DNA from: an uncultured Dehalococcoidaceae bacterium
Lineage (GTDB): Bacteria; Chloroflexota; Dehalococcoidia; Dehalococcoidales; RBG-16-60-22
DNA: 53,918 nucleotides
Assembly (NCBI GenBank): GCA_964638295.1
Contig: CAZWYS010000003.1
Location: 1 to 53,918, forward strand
Direction: 5' to 3'
The notes below the pieces were generated by a model, which had not been told where the DNA came from, made no database searches, and was given only the letters and a program-made list of their open reading frames with translations. This document shows positions 17,828 through 28,106 of this stretch, in pieces; the stretch's first letter is position 1; the number at the start of each line of letters is the position of its first letter. The position numbers and the translations under genes were made by a program.

Positions 17828-18598
17828 ATGAAAGACTTGTTTATCTTGCCGGACAAAGTAGCCATTGTCACCGGTGGCAATGGAGGTATCGGTAAAGCTA
17901 TTGCTCGTGGTTTGGCTGGTGTAGGAGCCAACATCGCCATCGCTGCTCGCAACGAAGCCAAGACCGAAAAAGCCGCCAAAGAGATACATGATGAATTTGG
18001 TACCAGAGTTATCGGGGTAAGAGTAGATATTCGGCACGAGGAGGAGATTCACACTCTAGTCGAAAAAGTTCTCGAGGCTTTCGGTCGCATTGATATCCTG
18101 GTGAACAACGCGGGCACCAATATACGGAGGTTACCGCAGGATTATACCTCAGCAGAATGGGATGAGGTTCTTGATATTAACTTGCGAGGTGCCTTCCTCT
18201 GCTCACGGGCAGTCTACCCGGCAATAAAATCAGCCGGGGGCGGAAAGATTATCAACATCGGCTCAATGACCTCCATATTCAGTGGCGCTAAACTTGGAGC
18301 CTACAGCACCAGCAAGGGCGGAGTAGTCCAACTGACCCGAAGCCTGGCTGTCGCCTGGGCACCAGATAACATCCAGGTTAACGCCATCCTGCCCGGGTTC
18401 ATCAATACCGACCTTACCCGGCAGGCACGAAAGGATATGCCGGGTTTTGAAGAGCGTGTCATAAGCCGTACCCCGGTTGGTCGCTGGGGTGAGCCGGAGG
18501 AAATGGCAGGGGTAGCCATCTTCCTGGCCAGCCGGGCAGCCGATTTCGTCACCGGTGTAGCCTTGCCAGCGGATGGTGGCTTTTCCGTCATGATCTAA
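17828..18598 (+). CDS. SDR oxidoreductase, 2-deoxy-D-gluconate 3-dehydrogenase (KduD)/gluconate 5-dehydrogenase-like
   Basis: TGGNGGIG, NNAG, KIINIGS, YSTSK, NIQVNAILPG and RTPVGRWG. Confidence 0.88.
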   Translation: MKDLFILPDKVAIVTGGNGGIGKAIARGLAGVGANIAIAARNEAKTEKAAKEIHDEFGTRVIGVRVDIRHEEEIHTLVEKVLEAFGRIDILVNNAGTNIRRLPQDYTSAEWDEVLDINLRGAFLCSRAVYPAIKSAGGGKIINIGSMTSIFSGAKLGAYSTSKGGVVQLTRSLAVAWAPDNIQVNAILPGFINTDLTRQARKDMPGFEERVISRTPVGRWGEPEEMAGVAIFLASRAADFVTGVALPADGGFSVMI

Positions 18599-18891
18599 AT
18601 TAAAAATGTAAAGGCTACCACCGGGTGCTTATCACAAGCGTTTAATGACACGTGTAATTTCGCCAGCAGGCTTTGACCTCATATCACTTCGTAGCTTATA
18701 CTTCCGGTCATGCTGACTTCTGTTCTTGAAAATGCGGAGCTACCACTGACCGAGGAGAAAATTGACCAAATCGAAAGGTCTCTGAGAGGAACTTGATTCT
18801 GAGGCTAACAACACCAGCAAAGTCTTCCTCACCTTTGTTGTCCCTCTTTTTGAAATTCCAGTTATTATAGCACCGCTCAGATAGGGTGGGC

Positions 18892-19860
18892 TTAATCGTA
18901 CAGATGACAGGCCACGAAGTGGTCTTTCTCCAGTGGCCTCAGTACAGGTTCTTCCTGGCGGCAGATTTCCATTACCCTGGGGCACCTGGTATGAAAATGG
19001 CATCCCGGGGGAGGCTTCACCGGCGACGGGACCTCGCCTTTCAGCGCAATTCCCTTTCGTTTCTGATGCGGGTCGGGCAGAGAAATCGCCGAAAGTAACG
19101 CCTCAGTATAGGGATGCAGGGGACGGCTGAACAAGCCATCTCTATCGGCCAGTTCAATTATCCGCCCCAGATACATGACGGCAATCCGGTCTGAGACCTG
19201 CCCGATGACTGATAAATCGTGGGCAATGAACAAATAGGCAAGACTGAGCTCACGTTGTAAATCCATAATCAGGTTCAGAATTTGGGCCTGGACTGATACA
19301 TCCAGGGCGCTGACCGGCTCATCAGCCACCATTAATTTTGGATTCACCGCCAGCGCGCGGGCAATCCCTATCCGCTGCTTCTGCCCACCACTCAATTCGT
19401 GCGGGTACCTCGCCGCATGCCCCGCCTCCAAGCCCACCCGCAGTAGCAACTCCTCTACCCTTTCCAGTCTCCCTTTTTCATCACCGAAGCCGTGGACGAG
19501 CAGCGCCTCCCCGATGGAGTCCCCGATGGTCATTCGCGGGTCAAGAGAGGATTGCGGGTCCTGGAATATCATCTGCGCCTCTCTTCGCAGTTCCTTTAAT
19601 TGCTTTCTATCCCACATCATGATATCGCTTCCCCGGTAAAGGACTCGTCCCGCTGTTGGCTCTTCTAATCTTAGTAGCGCTCTGCCCAGGCTCGACTTTC
19701 CGCACCCGGATTCGCCCACCAGACCCAGCGTCTCCCCCTCCATGATATGGAAGGAAACCCCGTCCACCGCCCTTACGTCGGCAACGTGCCTGGCGAGCAG
19801 CCCCGTGGTAATCGGGTAATACTTTTTCAGGTTTTCAACCTCTACCAATTTTCGGCGCAT
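18892..19860 (-). CDS. oppF: Oligopeptide/dipeptide ABC transporter ATPase
   Basis: [24 protein letters not shown] and C-terminal [17 protein letters not shown] 19860 preferred. Confidence 0.93.
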   Translation of the reverse strand: MRRKLVEVENLKKYYPITTGLLARHVADVRAVDGVSFHIMEGETLGLVGESGCGKSSLGRALLRLEEPTAGRVLYRGSDIMMWDRKQLKELRREAQMIFQDPQSSLDPRMTIGDSIGEALLVHGFGDEKGRLERVEELLLRVGLEAGHAARYPHELSGGQKQRIGIARALAVNPKLMVADEPVSALDVSVQAQILNLIMDLQRELSLAYLFIAHDLSVIGQVSDRIAVMYLGRIIELADRDGLFSRPLHPYTEALLSAISLPDPHQKRKGIALKGEVPSPVKPPPGCHFHTRCPRVMEICRQEEPVLRPLEKDHFVACHLYD

Positions 19861-19887
19861 TTTTAAATACCTACTCAAATGACCTAG

Positions 19888-20859
19888 CTATGAATACAGG
19901 TGGCACGCCACAACATGTTCTCCAGAAATCACAATCTCCCTTGGTATTTCCTTGGTGCAGATGGGCATCCGCCGTCCGCAGCGCGGATTGAAGATGCAGC
20001 CTTCCGGGGGGTTAATTAGACTGGGTATCGTTCCCGGGATAGGTGTCAGCCTGCCCCTTTTCGCTGAGATAGTGGGCAGGCAGTTAATTAATCCGAGGGT
20101 ATAAGGATGTTTCGGCTGGTCAAATATATCCAGCACGGTGCCGGCTTCGGCTACCCTCCCCCCGTACATCACCACAATCCTGTCGGCAATCCCGGCCACA
20201 GTGCCGAGGTCGTGCGTGATAAACAGGATGGACATGTTTGTCCTCTGTTTCAGGTCCCGGAAAATATCCAGAATCTGCGTCTTTATGGTTGTGTCCAGTG
20301 CGGTGGTCGGCTCATCAGCGATAAGAATCTCGGGATTGCATGACAGCGCCGCCGCTATCATCACCCTCTGCTTCATCCCCCCGGAGAATTGATGTGGATA
20401 GTCTCTCATTCTATCTCTCGCCTGGGGGATGCCCACCTGTTCCATCAGATGCAGGGTTTTCTCCTTAGCCGATTTGTCCTTTAGCCCCAGATGCAGCTTT
20501 ATCTGCTCTGCTATCTGGTCGCCGACGGTGAACACGGGATTCAGCGAAGATTGGGGGTCTTGAAATATCATGGCTATCCGGTTGCCGCGGATTTGCCTGA
20601 GCTTCTGAACGGATAAGTGCAGCAGGTCTTCCCCATGATACAGTATCTCCCCACCCACTATCCTCCCCGGAGGACTGTCAATCAAACGTAAAACGGACAG
20701 GGCGGTGGCGGTCTTGCCGCACCCCGACTCTCCCACCAGGCACAGGTTCTCCCCTTTCCTGAGGCCAAAGCTAATCCCATCCACTGCTTTTACCACACCG
20801 TTGCGGGTGAAGAAGTATGTCTTCAGTTGTTTAATCTGTAATATCGTATTATTCACCAA
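19888..20859 (-). CDS. oppD: Oligopeptide/dipeptide ABC transporter ATPase
   Basis: GESGCGKT, FSGGMKQR, ADEPTTALD and Cys-rich C-terminus. Confidence 0.93.
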   Translation of the reverse strand: MVNNTILQIKQLKTYFFTRNGVVKAVDGISFGLRKGENLCLVGESGCGKTATALSVLRLIDSPPGRIVGGEILYHGEDLLHLSVQKLRQIRGNRIAMIFQDPQSSLNPVFTVGDQIAEQIKLHLGLKDKSAKEKTLHLMEQVGIPQARDRMRDYPHQFSGGMKQRVMIAAALSCNPEILIADEPTTALDTTIKTQILDIFRDLKQRTNMSILFITHDLGTVAGIADRIVVMYGGRVAEAGTVLDIFDQPKHPYTLGLINCLPTISAKRGRLTPIPGTIPSLINPPEGCIFNPRCGRRMPICTKEIPREIVISGEHVVACHLYS

Positions 20860-20864
20860 ACCCC

Positions 20865-21962
20865 CTAAAGCTGGCTTCTGGGGTCAAAGGCATCTCTGAT
20901 GCCATCCCCGAGAAAATTAAATGCCAGCACGGTTAAAAACAGCATTATTCCCGGCTCCACCGCTATCCACCACGCCGTGTCCAGACTCCGTTGCCCGGCA
21001 TTCAAGACCATTCCCCAGCTGGTAACCGTGGGGTCTCCCAACCCGATGAAGCTGAGTGCCGCCTCAGCCAGGATAATCCCCGGTATGGATAAAGTCGCGA
21101 TGACAATAACGGAGCTCATCACATTGGGTATCAGGTGGCGGAACACAATTCGTCTGTCGCTCGCCCCCAGTGATTTGGACGCCATAATGAATTCTCTGGT
21201 TCTGAGAGACAGGGCTTCGCTTCTTACCAGCCTGGCGGTTCCTGTCCAGCCGGTCAGTCCTATCGCCAGGATAATGAAAGCTAAAGAAGGCCCGAAGATA
21301 AAGATAATGAATACCAGCAGCAGGAAGAAAGGAAAGGTCATCATTATGTCGGTAAACCTCATCAGTGCCATGTCCGCCCAGCCCCCCAGGTAAGCCGACA
21401 ATACCCCCAAGACGGTGCCGATGAATATCGCTATCAGCGTCGCCAGCAGACCAACTTGAAGGGACACTCTGGCGCCGGAAACCAGCATTGCCAGCATGTC
21501 TCTACCCTTATCGTCGGTGCCTAAAGGATGCTGCCAGATGCCCGGCGTCTCGCTTACCACAAATTGCCCTGTCTTAAGCTCATACACCGATTGTTCAATG
21601 GCCAAACCCACCGGAGGCAGATTTTTCTCCTGAAAATCGACTTTGGTGGGGTCCTGGGTTAAAAACGGACCAAATAGGGCGGTGATAATTAACAATAGGA
21701 TAAATGCCAGCCCGAAGACGGCAAGTCGGTGCCTCTTTGTTCTCTCCCAGTAATACTTGGTCAGCCGCCTGTTGACATAGAGGGGATATATTCCGTATAA
21801 GACGGCGATAATGGCAAAGAGCAGGTAGAAATACCCTAGCGGCTCCAGAATCTGCTCATCCCGGTGAATATCCAGAATGAAAACAAAAACCAGACCCAGA
21901 ACTGTACCGATGAATATCAGGTTTCTCAGTCCACCAACTTTATTGCCGATTTTTCTCATCAC
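20865..21962 (-). CDS. oppC: Oligopeptide ABC permease
   Basis: HPLGTDDKGRD, EAA-like loop, EAALSFIGLG and GDGIRDAFDPR. Confidence 0.93.
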   Translation of the reverse strand: MMRKIGNKVGGLRNLIFIGTVLGLVFVFILDIHRDEQILEPLGYFYLLFAIIAVLYGIYPLYVNRRLTKYYWERTKRHRLAVFGLAFILLLIITALFGPFLTQDPTKVDFQEKNLPPVGLAIEQSVYELKTGQFVVSETPGIWQHPLGTDDKGRDMLAMLVSGARVSLQVGLLATLIAIFIGTVLGVLSAYLGGWADMALMRFTDIMMTFPFFLLLVFIIFIFGPSLAFIILAIGLTGWTGTARLVRSEALSLRTREFIMASKSLGASDRRIVFRHLIPNVMSSVIVIATLSIPGIILAEAALSFIGLGDPTVTSWGMVLNAGQRSLDTAWWIAVEPGIMLFLTVLAFNFLGDGIRDAFDPRSQL

Positions 21963-21970
21963 CCCGCCTC

Positions 21971-22948
21971 TCAGTCATATCGTATTCTGGGGTCCAGCCA
22001 GGTGTACACAATGTCGGTCGCCAGGTTGGTCAGAAGTATTACCATGGCCCCGATAAGCGTTATCGTTACCACCACCGGATAGTCGTTGGCAAAGATAGCG
22101 TTAAAGGATATCCTCCCCAGCCCCGGTATGCCGAAGATAATTTCGGTCAGATATGCCCCCCCAAAGACCACCCCGCTCAGGTCAAACATTATTATGGTGA
22201 TAATCGGCAGGATAGCGTTTCTAAGAACATGCTTGCCAATGACCACTCTCTCCGGCAATCCCTTAGCCCTGGCCGTTCTGACAAACTCCTTCCGCAAATT
22301 ATCCAGGGTAGCCGACCTCGCATATCGCGTGTAGCCAGCCATCATCCCGGTGCCCAGCGTAATCACCGGCAGGATAAGCGCTTTTAAGTTAGCCAGGGAA
22401 AACATGGGCAGACCGGTATCGTAGTAGGTCTTGAACCACCCCAGTTGCACCGAGAACACCAGGATTAGCATTATGCCCAGCCAGAAGTTGGGAATTGATA
22501 TGCCAATAAAGGAGAAAAATGTAGCCAGGTAATCGGTCCTGGTATATTGTTTTACCGCCGAGTATATGCCAATTAAAATGCCTAAAGTTGCGGAGAAAAT
22601 CATACTGAGCAGTATTAGCTGGAAAGAGTACACCCAGTGTCGCTGAATTAGCTTCACCACCGGCATGGAGGTGCTGAATGACCACCCCCAGTCGCCCCGG
22701 GCCAGATTGACCAGATAATTCCCGTACTGCTCGTATATTGGTTTATCAAGTCCATACCTGGCTTCAACAGCGGCCACCACTTGCGAAGGGTCTTGTGTCC
22801 TCGCCGACATATTGGCCAGATACTTATCCGCCGGGGAGGTGGGCCCCACTCTCAGCAGGATGAAGGTAATGGTAACCACACCGAAGGTGATGAGTACCGC
22901 ATAGATAAGCCTTTTGATTATGTAACTTTGTAGTCCACCCTGTTTCAA
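21971..22948 (-). CDS. oppB: Oligopeptide ABC permease
   Basis: GLDKPIYEQY, SIPNFWLG, TARAKGL and DIVYTWLDPRI. Confidence 0.93.
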   Translation of the reverse strand: MKQGGLQSYIIKRLIYAVLITFGVVTITFILLRVGPTSPADKYLANMSARTQDPSQVVAAVEARYGLDKPIYEQYGNYLVNLARGDWGWSFSTSMPVVKLIQRHWVYSFQLILLSMIFSATLGILIGIYSAVKQYTRTDYLATFFSFIGISIPNFWLGIMLILVFSVQLGWFKTYYDTGLPMFSLANLKALILPVITLGTGMMAGYTRYARSATLDNLRKEFVRTARAKGLPERVVIGKHVLRNAILPIITIIMFDLSGVVFGGAYLTEIIFGIPGLGRISFNAIFANDYPVVVTITLIGAMVILLTNLATDIVYTWLDPRIRYD

Positions 22949-22998
22949 AAGCGTGCTCCGTGCTCAAATTATAGTGCGCTTGCAATCTGTGGCTAAAA

Positions 22999-24879
22999 CT
23001 ACGGCTCCGCAAAATACCACTCATGGTAGTTCCAGCCCAGCCTCATCCCTACATCAATCCCCTCCACATTAGCTTGAAAGCCGTGGTTGCTGCTGGGGAA
23101 AGAGAGGAAATTTGCCGGTTGGTCCTCGGCGATTATCCGGCTTATCTCGGCATACATCTGCTTGCGCACTTCCTCGTCCAGAGCTTCTTCTGACCTGACC
23201 TGTACAAACAGCTCGTCAACTCTCTCGCTGGAGTACCCCCAGAAGTTCAGCCCGCCTTCGGTCTCAAAGAACACCCGTGAACCTGACGGAGCAATGGGAT
23301 GGGTGTTGAATGCCAGCACCATCAAATCCCAGGTTTCTTCGCTCACCGCCTCCGGGCCATTGTTATACCTTGGTTCCTGATCTGAGCCCGGAACTTTGTT
23401 CATCATATACTGGCGGAGTTGAGTCGGCCATGGGACCAGCTTGAAGTCCACCTCAAAGCCCATATCCCCCAGTTCCTGTTTTATCAGCAGGGAGACGTCT
23501 TCCGTGAGTTTGCTGCCCGTGGTGGTAACCAGGGTAAGTTTAATCGGCTTGCCCTCTTTGTCCTGAACCGCGATGCTTCCGTCCGGTTGCTTGACGCCAT
23601 AGCCGGCTTCAAGCAGCATCTCTTTTGCCTTTTCCTTGTCATAGAGGGCTCCGATGCCAAACTGGGGCACTCCTTCCTCGGTATACCAGGGCGACGGCTT
23701 GGGTATGAAACTGAAAGCCGGGTCGGCAAAGCCATAGCGTATCGATTCAATAAACGTCTGCTTGTCTATGGACATGGACAGCGCCTGCCTTACCTTCTTG
23801 TCTTTCAACCCCTCCCAGCCATTGTTGCGCAGGTTGTAGACTATCAAATCGTAAGCTCTGGTGGGAACGGTATATACTTTAATGCCTTCCATTTGCTTGA
23901 ACTTGGCTACTTGTTCCGGTTCAACGCCGCAATACTGAATATCTCCGGCTTCCAGAGCCGCCAGCATCGCCGTCGTGGTGCCGAAGAGCTTGGTAGTATA
24001 TTGCTCGAAGTAAGGGGCTCCGGTATCCTGACCCAGATAGAAGTCCGGATTTCGTTCCACCACAAACTTATCGTTTCGTATCCACTCCTTGAATCTGTAA
24101 GCGCCCAGATTACCGGTATAGGTCAGGTTATTGAACTCCTCGGCTTCGGTGAAAGCTTCTATATCTCCCTCGTATTTCATGGCAATGTGCTTGGGATAAG
24201 GCGTCAGGCTATAAATGGCATTATCAACGAATTCCGGGTCAACCGTCTGTCTTTTGATGACAAAGGTGAACTCATCAACTGCTTCAACTTCAACAAATAC
24301 CGTTTCCCCCTCAACTTCCTCCTGCCAGTCGGTTTGGTAAGTATAATTGAGCCAGTCAGAGAACATCAGGTTCTTCAAAGTATAGACATAGTCTTCCGCG
24401 GTAACTCTGGTTCCATCGCTCCACTTAAGGTCGTCCCGTATTGTCATGGTATAGGTCAGCCCGTCCTCGGAAACTTCCACCGGTTTGGCCAGATGGCGCA
24501 GGACTACGTTCCAGTTGTTGTCGTAGGTAGCCAGGCTTTCCAGACAAAATCCAACGTAGGAGAATGACGTAGCGTCCGCTGCCAGAATCCAGTTCAGGGT
24601 CTCCGCATCTCCCCCGGAACTTCCATCTATAAAGGCTCCCTTTACCTCAGGATAGGGTTTCAGCACCGGCGGTGGGGCTGGTGCTGGCGACGGTGGCGGA
24701 CCTGGTGATGGCTGGGGAGCCGGGGCTGGAGTCGGAGCTGGCGCTGGAACAGGCGTCGGCGCTGGTGCCGGGGCAGGCGGCAGACTGGGCGCCGGGGTGG
24801 GTGTTGGGGCGGGCGCTGGAGCGGCACAGCCAGCCGCGAAAATAAGCAGCGCGATAATAAATATGATGAGTCCCTTCAT
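22999..24879 (-). CDS. oppA: Family 5 ABC substrate-binding lipoprotein with Pro-Ala linker
   Basis: Lipobox AAGC, Pro-rich linker, LKWSDGTRVTAEDY and VRQALS. ATG 24879 follows a GGAG RBS. Confidence 0.92.
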   Translation of the reverse strand: MKGLIIFIIALLIFAAGCAAPAPAPTPTPAPSLPPAPAPAPTPVPAPAPTPAPAPQPSPGPPPSPAPAPPPVLKPYPEVKGAFIDGSSGGDAETLNWILAADATSFSYVGFCLESLATYDNNWNVVLRHLAKPVEVSEDGLTYTMTIRDDLKWSDGTRVTAEDYVYTLKNLMFSDWLNYTYQTDWQEEVEGETVFVEVEAVDEFTFVIKRQTVDPEFVDNAIYSLTPYPKHIAMKYEGDIEAFTEAEEFNNLTYTGNLGAYRFKEWIRNDKFVVERNPDFYLGQDTGAPYFEQYTTKLFGTTTAMLAALEAGDIQYCGVEPEQVAKFKQMEGIKVYTVPTRAYDLIVYNLRNNGWEGLKDKKVRQALSMSIDKQTFIESIRYGFADPAFSFIPKPSPWYTEEGVPQFGIGALYDKEKAKEMLLEAGYGVKQPDGSIAVQDKEGKPIKLTLVTTTGSKLTEDVSLLIKQELGDMGFEVDFKLVPWPTQLRQYMMNKVPGSDQEPRYNNGPEAVSEETWDLMVLAFNTHPIAPSGSRVFFETEGGLNFWGYSSERVDELFVQVRSEEALDEEVRKQMYAEISRIIAEDQPANFLSFPSSNHGFQANVEGIDVGMRLGWNYHEWYFAEP

Positions 24880-24987
24880 TTCTCCACTCCTCAGCATTAA
24901 TCAACCGATTCTTAAATTTACTTCAACTGCTAAGTCTCTTTCTTTCCTAACATTATGATTTATGTTATTTAATAGTGCAAATCGCTG

Positions 24988-25137
24988 TCGGTCTCAAAAG
25001 CTGGAGTCATCGCCCTCACCCGTAATGTAGCCCTTCAATATGCCGCTTTATTTATATCTTCAGATGAGGCAAAATACATAACAGGGACAAACCTGATTGT
25101 TGATGGTACTCTCATCAATACAATGAAACACTGGTAA
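24988..25137 (+). pseudogene. 5'-truncated, internally deleted relic of an SDR paralogous to 32398/33251
   Basis: Hand translation SVSKAGVIALTRNVALQYAALFISSDEAKYITGTNLIVDGTLINTMKHW* matches two non-adjacent segments of the intact SDRs. Confidence 0.85.
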
Positions 25138-25152
25138 CAGGAGGAGTTAGCT

Positions 25153-26514
25153 ATGTCAACTGCCAAGGAACCCCACGACCTGACGGTTGCGGAGGCGGCG
25201 GCGGCAATTACTGCCGGAGAGTTATCAGCATTGGAACTGGTAAGTTCTTGCTTGGAACGTATTGATGCGCTGGAAGAGAAAATTCAAGCGTGGGCTTTAG
25301 TAGACCGAGAAGGGGCTCTTCAGGCAGCACACCGGCTTGACCAGGAGCTGCGTCAAGGACAGCGACGCGGGCCCCTACACGGTATCCCCGTAGGGATTAA
25401 GGACATCTTTTATACGACTGGATTGCGGACAGAAGCAGGTTCCAAGTCCTGGAAGGGTTTTGTTCCTTCGTACGATTCTACCGCTGTGGCTCGCCTGAAA
25501 GAGGCGGGGGCAATCATCCTGGGCAAGACCCACTCCACCCAATTTGCCTACTTTGACCCAGCCCCTACCCGAAATCCATGGAATACGGCTCACACTCCAG
25601 GCGGTTCCAGCAGTGGCTCAGGGGCTGGAGTCGCTGCCGGCATGTGTCTGGCGGCTCTTGGTAGCCAAACGGGTGGGTCGGTACTGCGCCCGGCAGCCTA
25701 CAATGGCTTGGTTGGCTTCAAACCCCAACATGGCAGAATCAGCGCCTACGGTGTGGTGCCAGTGAGCTGGACTCTGGACCACGTGGGCGTTCTTGTACGT
25801 ACGGTCGAGGACGCAGCGCTCGTTTTTCAAGTCATCGCCGGATATGACCCCAAGGACAACTACTCGCTTGATGCACCGGTTCCTGATTGCTTGAATACCT
25901 CAGAGAGGCAACAGGCGCCGCACCTGGGTTTGGTGCGAGAATACTTTTTCGACCACGCTGATGAGGAGATGCGCAGCCACACAGATGAAATAGCGGAGCG
26001 CCTGCGCCAGGCTGGTGCCAAGATTGAGGAAGTATTTCTACCTCCCAGCTTTGCCAACATCCAAGAAACGAGCCGCATTATCATGACAGCTGAGGCATCG
26101 ACTTACCATCAGGAGATGTTTGCCAAACACCGGGATGATTATCGCTCTGGAATACGAAAGTTGATTGAGGATGGGTTAACCCTACCGGCAACCGAGTATG
26201 TAAAGGCGCTGCAGACACGACTTCAACAACGTGCCCACATAGAGCCACTGCTGCATCAGGTCGATGCGCTACTTACCCCCGGAGTGCCCGGTGCTGCCCC
26301 GCATGGCTTATCCAGTACCGGAAGCCCCGTCATGCAGATACCCTGGTCAACTACCGCAGTACCGTCCATCAGCTTACCAACAGGTCTGAGCAAGAAGGGT
26401 CTTCCTCTGGCCATTCAACTGGCTGGCCCTCCTCAGGCCGAGGACCAATTACTAGCAGTGGCACGCTGGTGCGAACGGGTTCTGAATATACGCCTCCGGC
26501 CACCGCTGGACTAA
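25153..26514 (+). CDS. Amidase signature family protein
   Basis: GPLHGIPVGIKD, PGGSSSGS and GSQTGGSVLRPA (Ser-cisSer-Lys triad). Confidence 0.93.
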   Translation: MSTAKEPHDLTVAEAAAAITAGELSALELVSSCLERIDALEEKIQAWALVDREGALQAAHRLDQELRQGQRRGPLHGIPVGIKDIFYTTGLRTEAGSKSWKGFVPSYDSTAVARLKEAGAIILGKTHSTQFAYFDPAPTRNPWNTAHTPGGSSSGSGAGVAAGMCLAALGSQTGGSVLRPAAYNGLVGFKPQHGRISAYGVVPVSWTLDHVGVLVRTVEDAALVFQVIAGYDPKDNYSLDAPVPDCLNTSERQQAPHLGLVREYFFDHADEEMRSHTDEIAERLRQAGAKIEEVFLPPSFANIQETSRIIMTAEASTYHQEMFAKHRDDYRSGIRKLIEDGLTLPATEYVKALQTRLQQRAHIEPLLHQVDALLTPGVPGAAPHGLSSTGSPVMQIPWSTTAVPSISLPTGLSKKGLPLAIQLAGPPQAEDQLLAVARWCERVLNIRLRPPLD

Positions 26515-26519
26515 TATGC

Positions 26520-26655
26520 TTACGCCAATCCGTAAAATTCCGGCCTCGTTCTTACCTCTTGAACGAAGTAAGCCACTGCTTTTTCATAATTGTTGTAACT
26601 TGGCTGCCAGCCCCACACCAATACCACCTGTCCCACCGATAATAAGTATCGGCAT
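26520..26655 (-). pseudogene. Internally deleted relic of an extended-SDR NAD-dependent epimerase/dehydrogenase
   Basis: GGAGG RBS, then MPILIIGGTGGIG (Rossmann start) joined out of frame to WGWQPSYNNYEKAVAYFVQEVRTRPEFYGLA*, an extended-SDR-like C-terminus. Confidence 0.75.
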
Positions 26656-26827
26656 TCCCTCTTAGCCTCCTCTCTCGTTTCAACATTTCAGCGGTATGCT
26701 ATTTTACTACTTCATTATTGGTTTCTGCTCATTGATGCCAGCTTTCCTTTGCTTATTTATCCTTTTTGTCATCGCAGTAACAACATTAAAACGCTATCGC
26801 ACGTGCTCTCCATAATGCTCTGAATTA

Positions 26828-26857
26828 TTGACATCACGGGAAAGAATGGTTTATCGT
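26828..26857 (+). promoter_or_regulatory. Sigma70-type promoter
   Basis: TTGACA-18 nt-TATCGT. Confidence 0.4.
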
Positions 26858-26888
26858 TCATTTAGCAAATATGAAAAAAGGAGGAGCC

Positions 26889-27791
26889 ATGAAGAAATTC
26901 GGATTTATCGGTTTAGGCAATATGGGCAAACCAATGGCCACTAACCTGGTTAAAACCGGCTATCCTCTTACTGTTTATGACCTGAAACCGCAGCCAGTTA
27001 AGGAACTGGTAGCGGCGGGAGCTAAAGCGGCTAATTCCCCCCGCGAAGTAGCCGAGAAATCAGACATCGTCATCACCATAGTTACCTCATCTCCACAGGT
27101 GGAACAGGTAATGTTTGGCCCGGATGGGGTTTTATCGGGCCTGAAGAGTGGCACCATCATTATCGATATGAGCACCATCGACCCGGTCATTACGCGAAAG
27201 GTAGCAGCCGCTGCCGCCGAAAAAGGAATAGAGATGCTTGATGCACCGGTGAGTGGCGCTCCACCCAAGGCAGCCGATGGTACCCTTTCCATCATGGTGG
27301 GAGGCAAAAAGGAAGTCTTTGAGCAATGTAAAGATATTCTGCAGGTCATGGGAGAGAAAATCACTCACGTTGGCGGTGTGGGCATGGGAGAAGTCGTCAA
27401 GCTAGCCAATAACCTGGTGGCCGCTATAAGCGGGATTGGCGTTTGTGAGGGCTTCCTCTTTGGCACCAAACTCGGGGCTGACCCCAAAACTCTTTTCGAG
27501 GTTATCAGTGCCAGCGCCGGAAATTGCTGGTTCCTGCAAACAAGGGTACCCTATCCCAATGTAATACCGGATAGTCCGGCAAATAGAGACTTTGCCCCGG
27601 GCTTTACGGCAGACCTGATGGCTAAGGACCTCGGCCTTATCCTGTCCGCCGCTGAGGCGACAAAGATTCCTTTACTAGCCGGTAGCCTGACACGCCAACT
27701 GGTGGAAGCCGCTAGAGCCAGTGGTCTGGGTCAGAAAGACTGGTCGGTAGTAAGTAAGGTTGTCCAGCAACTAGCTGGAGATGAAATTTGA
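26889..27791 (+). CDS. Beta-hydroxyacid dehydrogenase (3-hydroxyisobutyrate dehydrogenase/tartronate semialdehyde reductase family)
   Basis: FIGLGNMGKPMA, DMSTI, DAPVSG, KLANN and MAKDL. ATG 26889 follows AGGAGGAG. Confidence 0.92.
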   Translation: MKKFGFIGLGNMGKPMATNLVKTGYPLTVYDLKPQPVKELVAAGAKAANSPREVAEKSDIVITIVTSSPQVEQVMFGPDGVLSGLKSGTIIIDMSTIDPVITRKVAAAAAEKGIEMLDAPVSGAPPKAADGTLSIMVGGKKEVFEQCKDILQVMGEKITHVGGVGMGEVVKLANNLVAAISGIGVCEGFLFGTKLGADPKTLFEVISASAGNCWFLQTRVPYPNVIPDSPANRDFAPGFTADLMAKDLGLILSAAEATKIPLLAGSLTRQLVEAARASGLGQKDWSVVSKVVQQLAGDEI

Positions 27792-27988
27792 AACAGCTTC
27801 CTGACTCGTGCTATTTTTCAAGTGTAAACCGACGGATTCCCAGGAGTAATTTTGTTTACCACCCATAATTTTTATAACTTTGTAACTTTTTCTTCTCTTA
27901 TTTTTGACTTCTCTATTTTGCTTCAGCTAAAATTACGTGATGATACTATGCTTAAAGGCAGAATAAAAAGGTAAAGGTTTTTAAAATC

Positions 27989-28017
27989 TTGACAAGTCTG
28001 CACCAAATGGATATAGT
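27989..28017 (+). promoter_or_regulatory. Sigma70-type promoter of TRAP operon 2
   Basis: TTGACA-17 nt-TATAGT. Confidence 0.6.
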
Positions 28018-28106
28018 ATATCAGCACATATGAATAGACCCCATTTTGTATTAATTCCGCGCAAATGTAATCCCATGATATGCGCAATTATATTCCGTTA
28101 AATAGC

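Noticed and set aside
23419-24567. 382-aa plus-strand ORF
   Set aside because: Fully antisense to oppA, with no motif or RBS.
25153-26514. Calling the amidase gatA
   Set aside because: No gatB/gatC nearby, and the context is catabolic.
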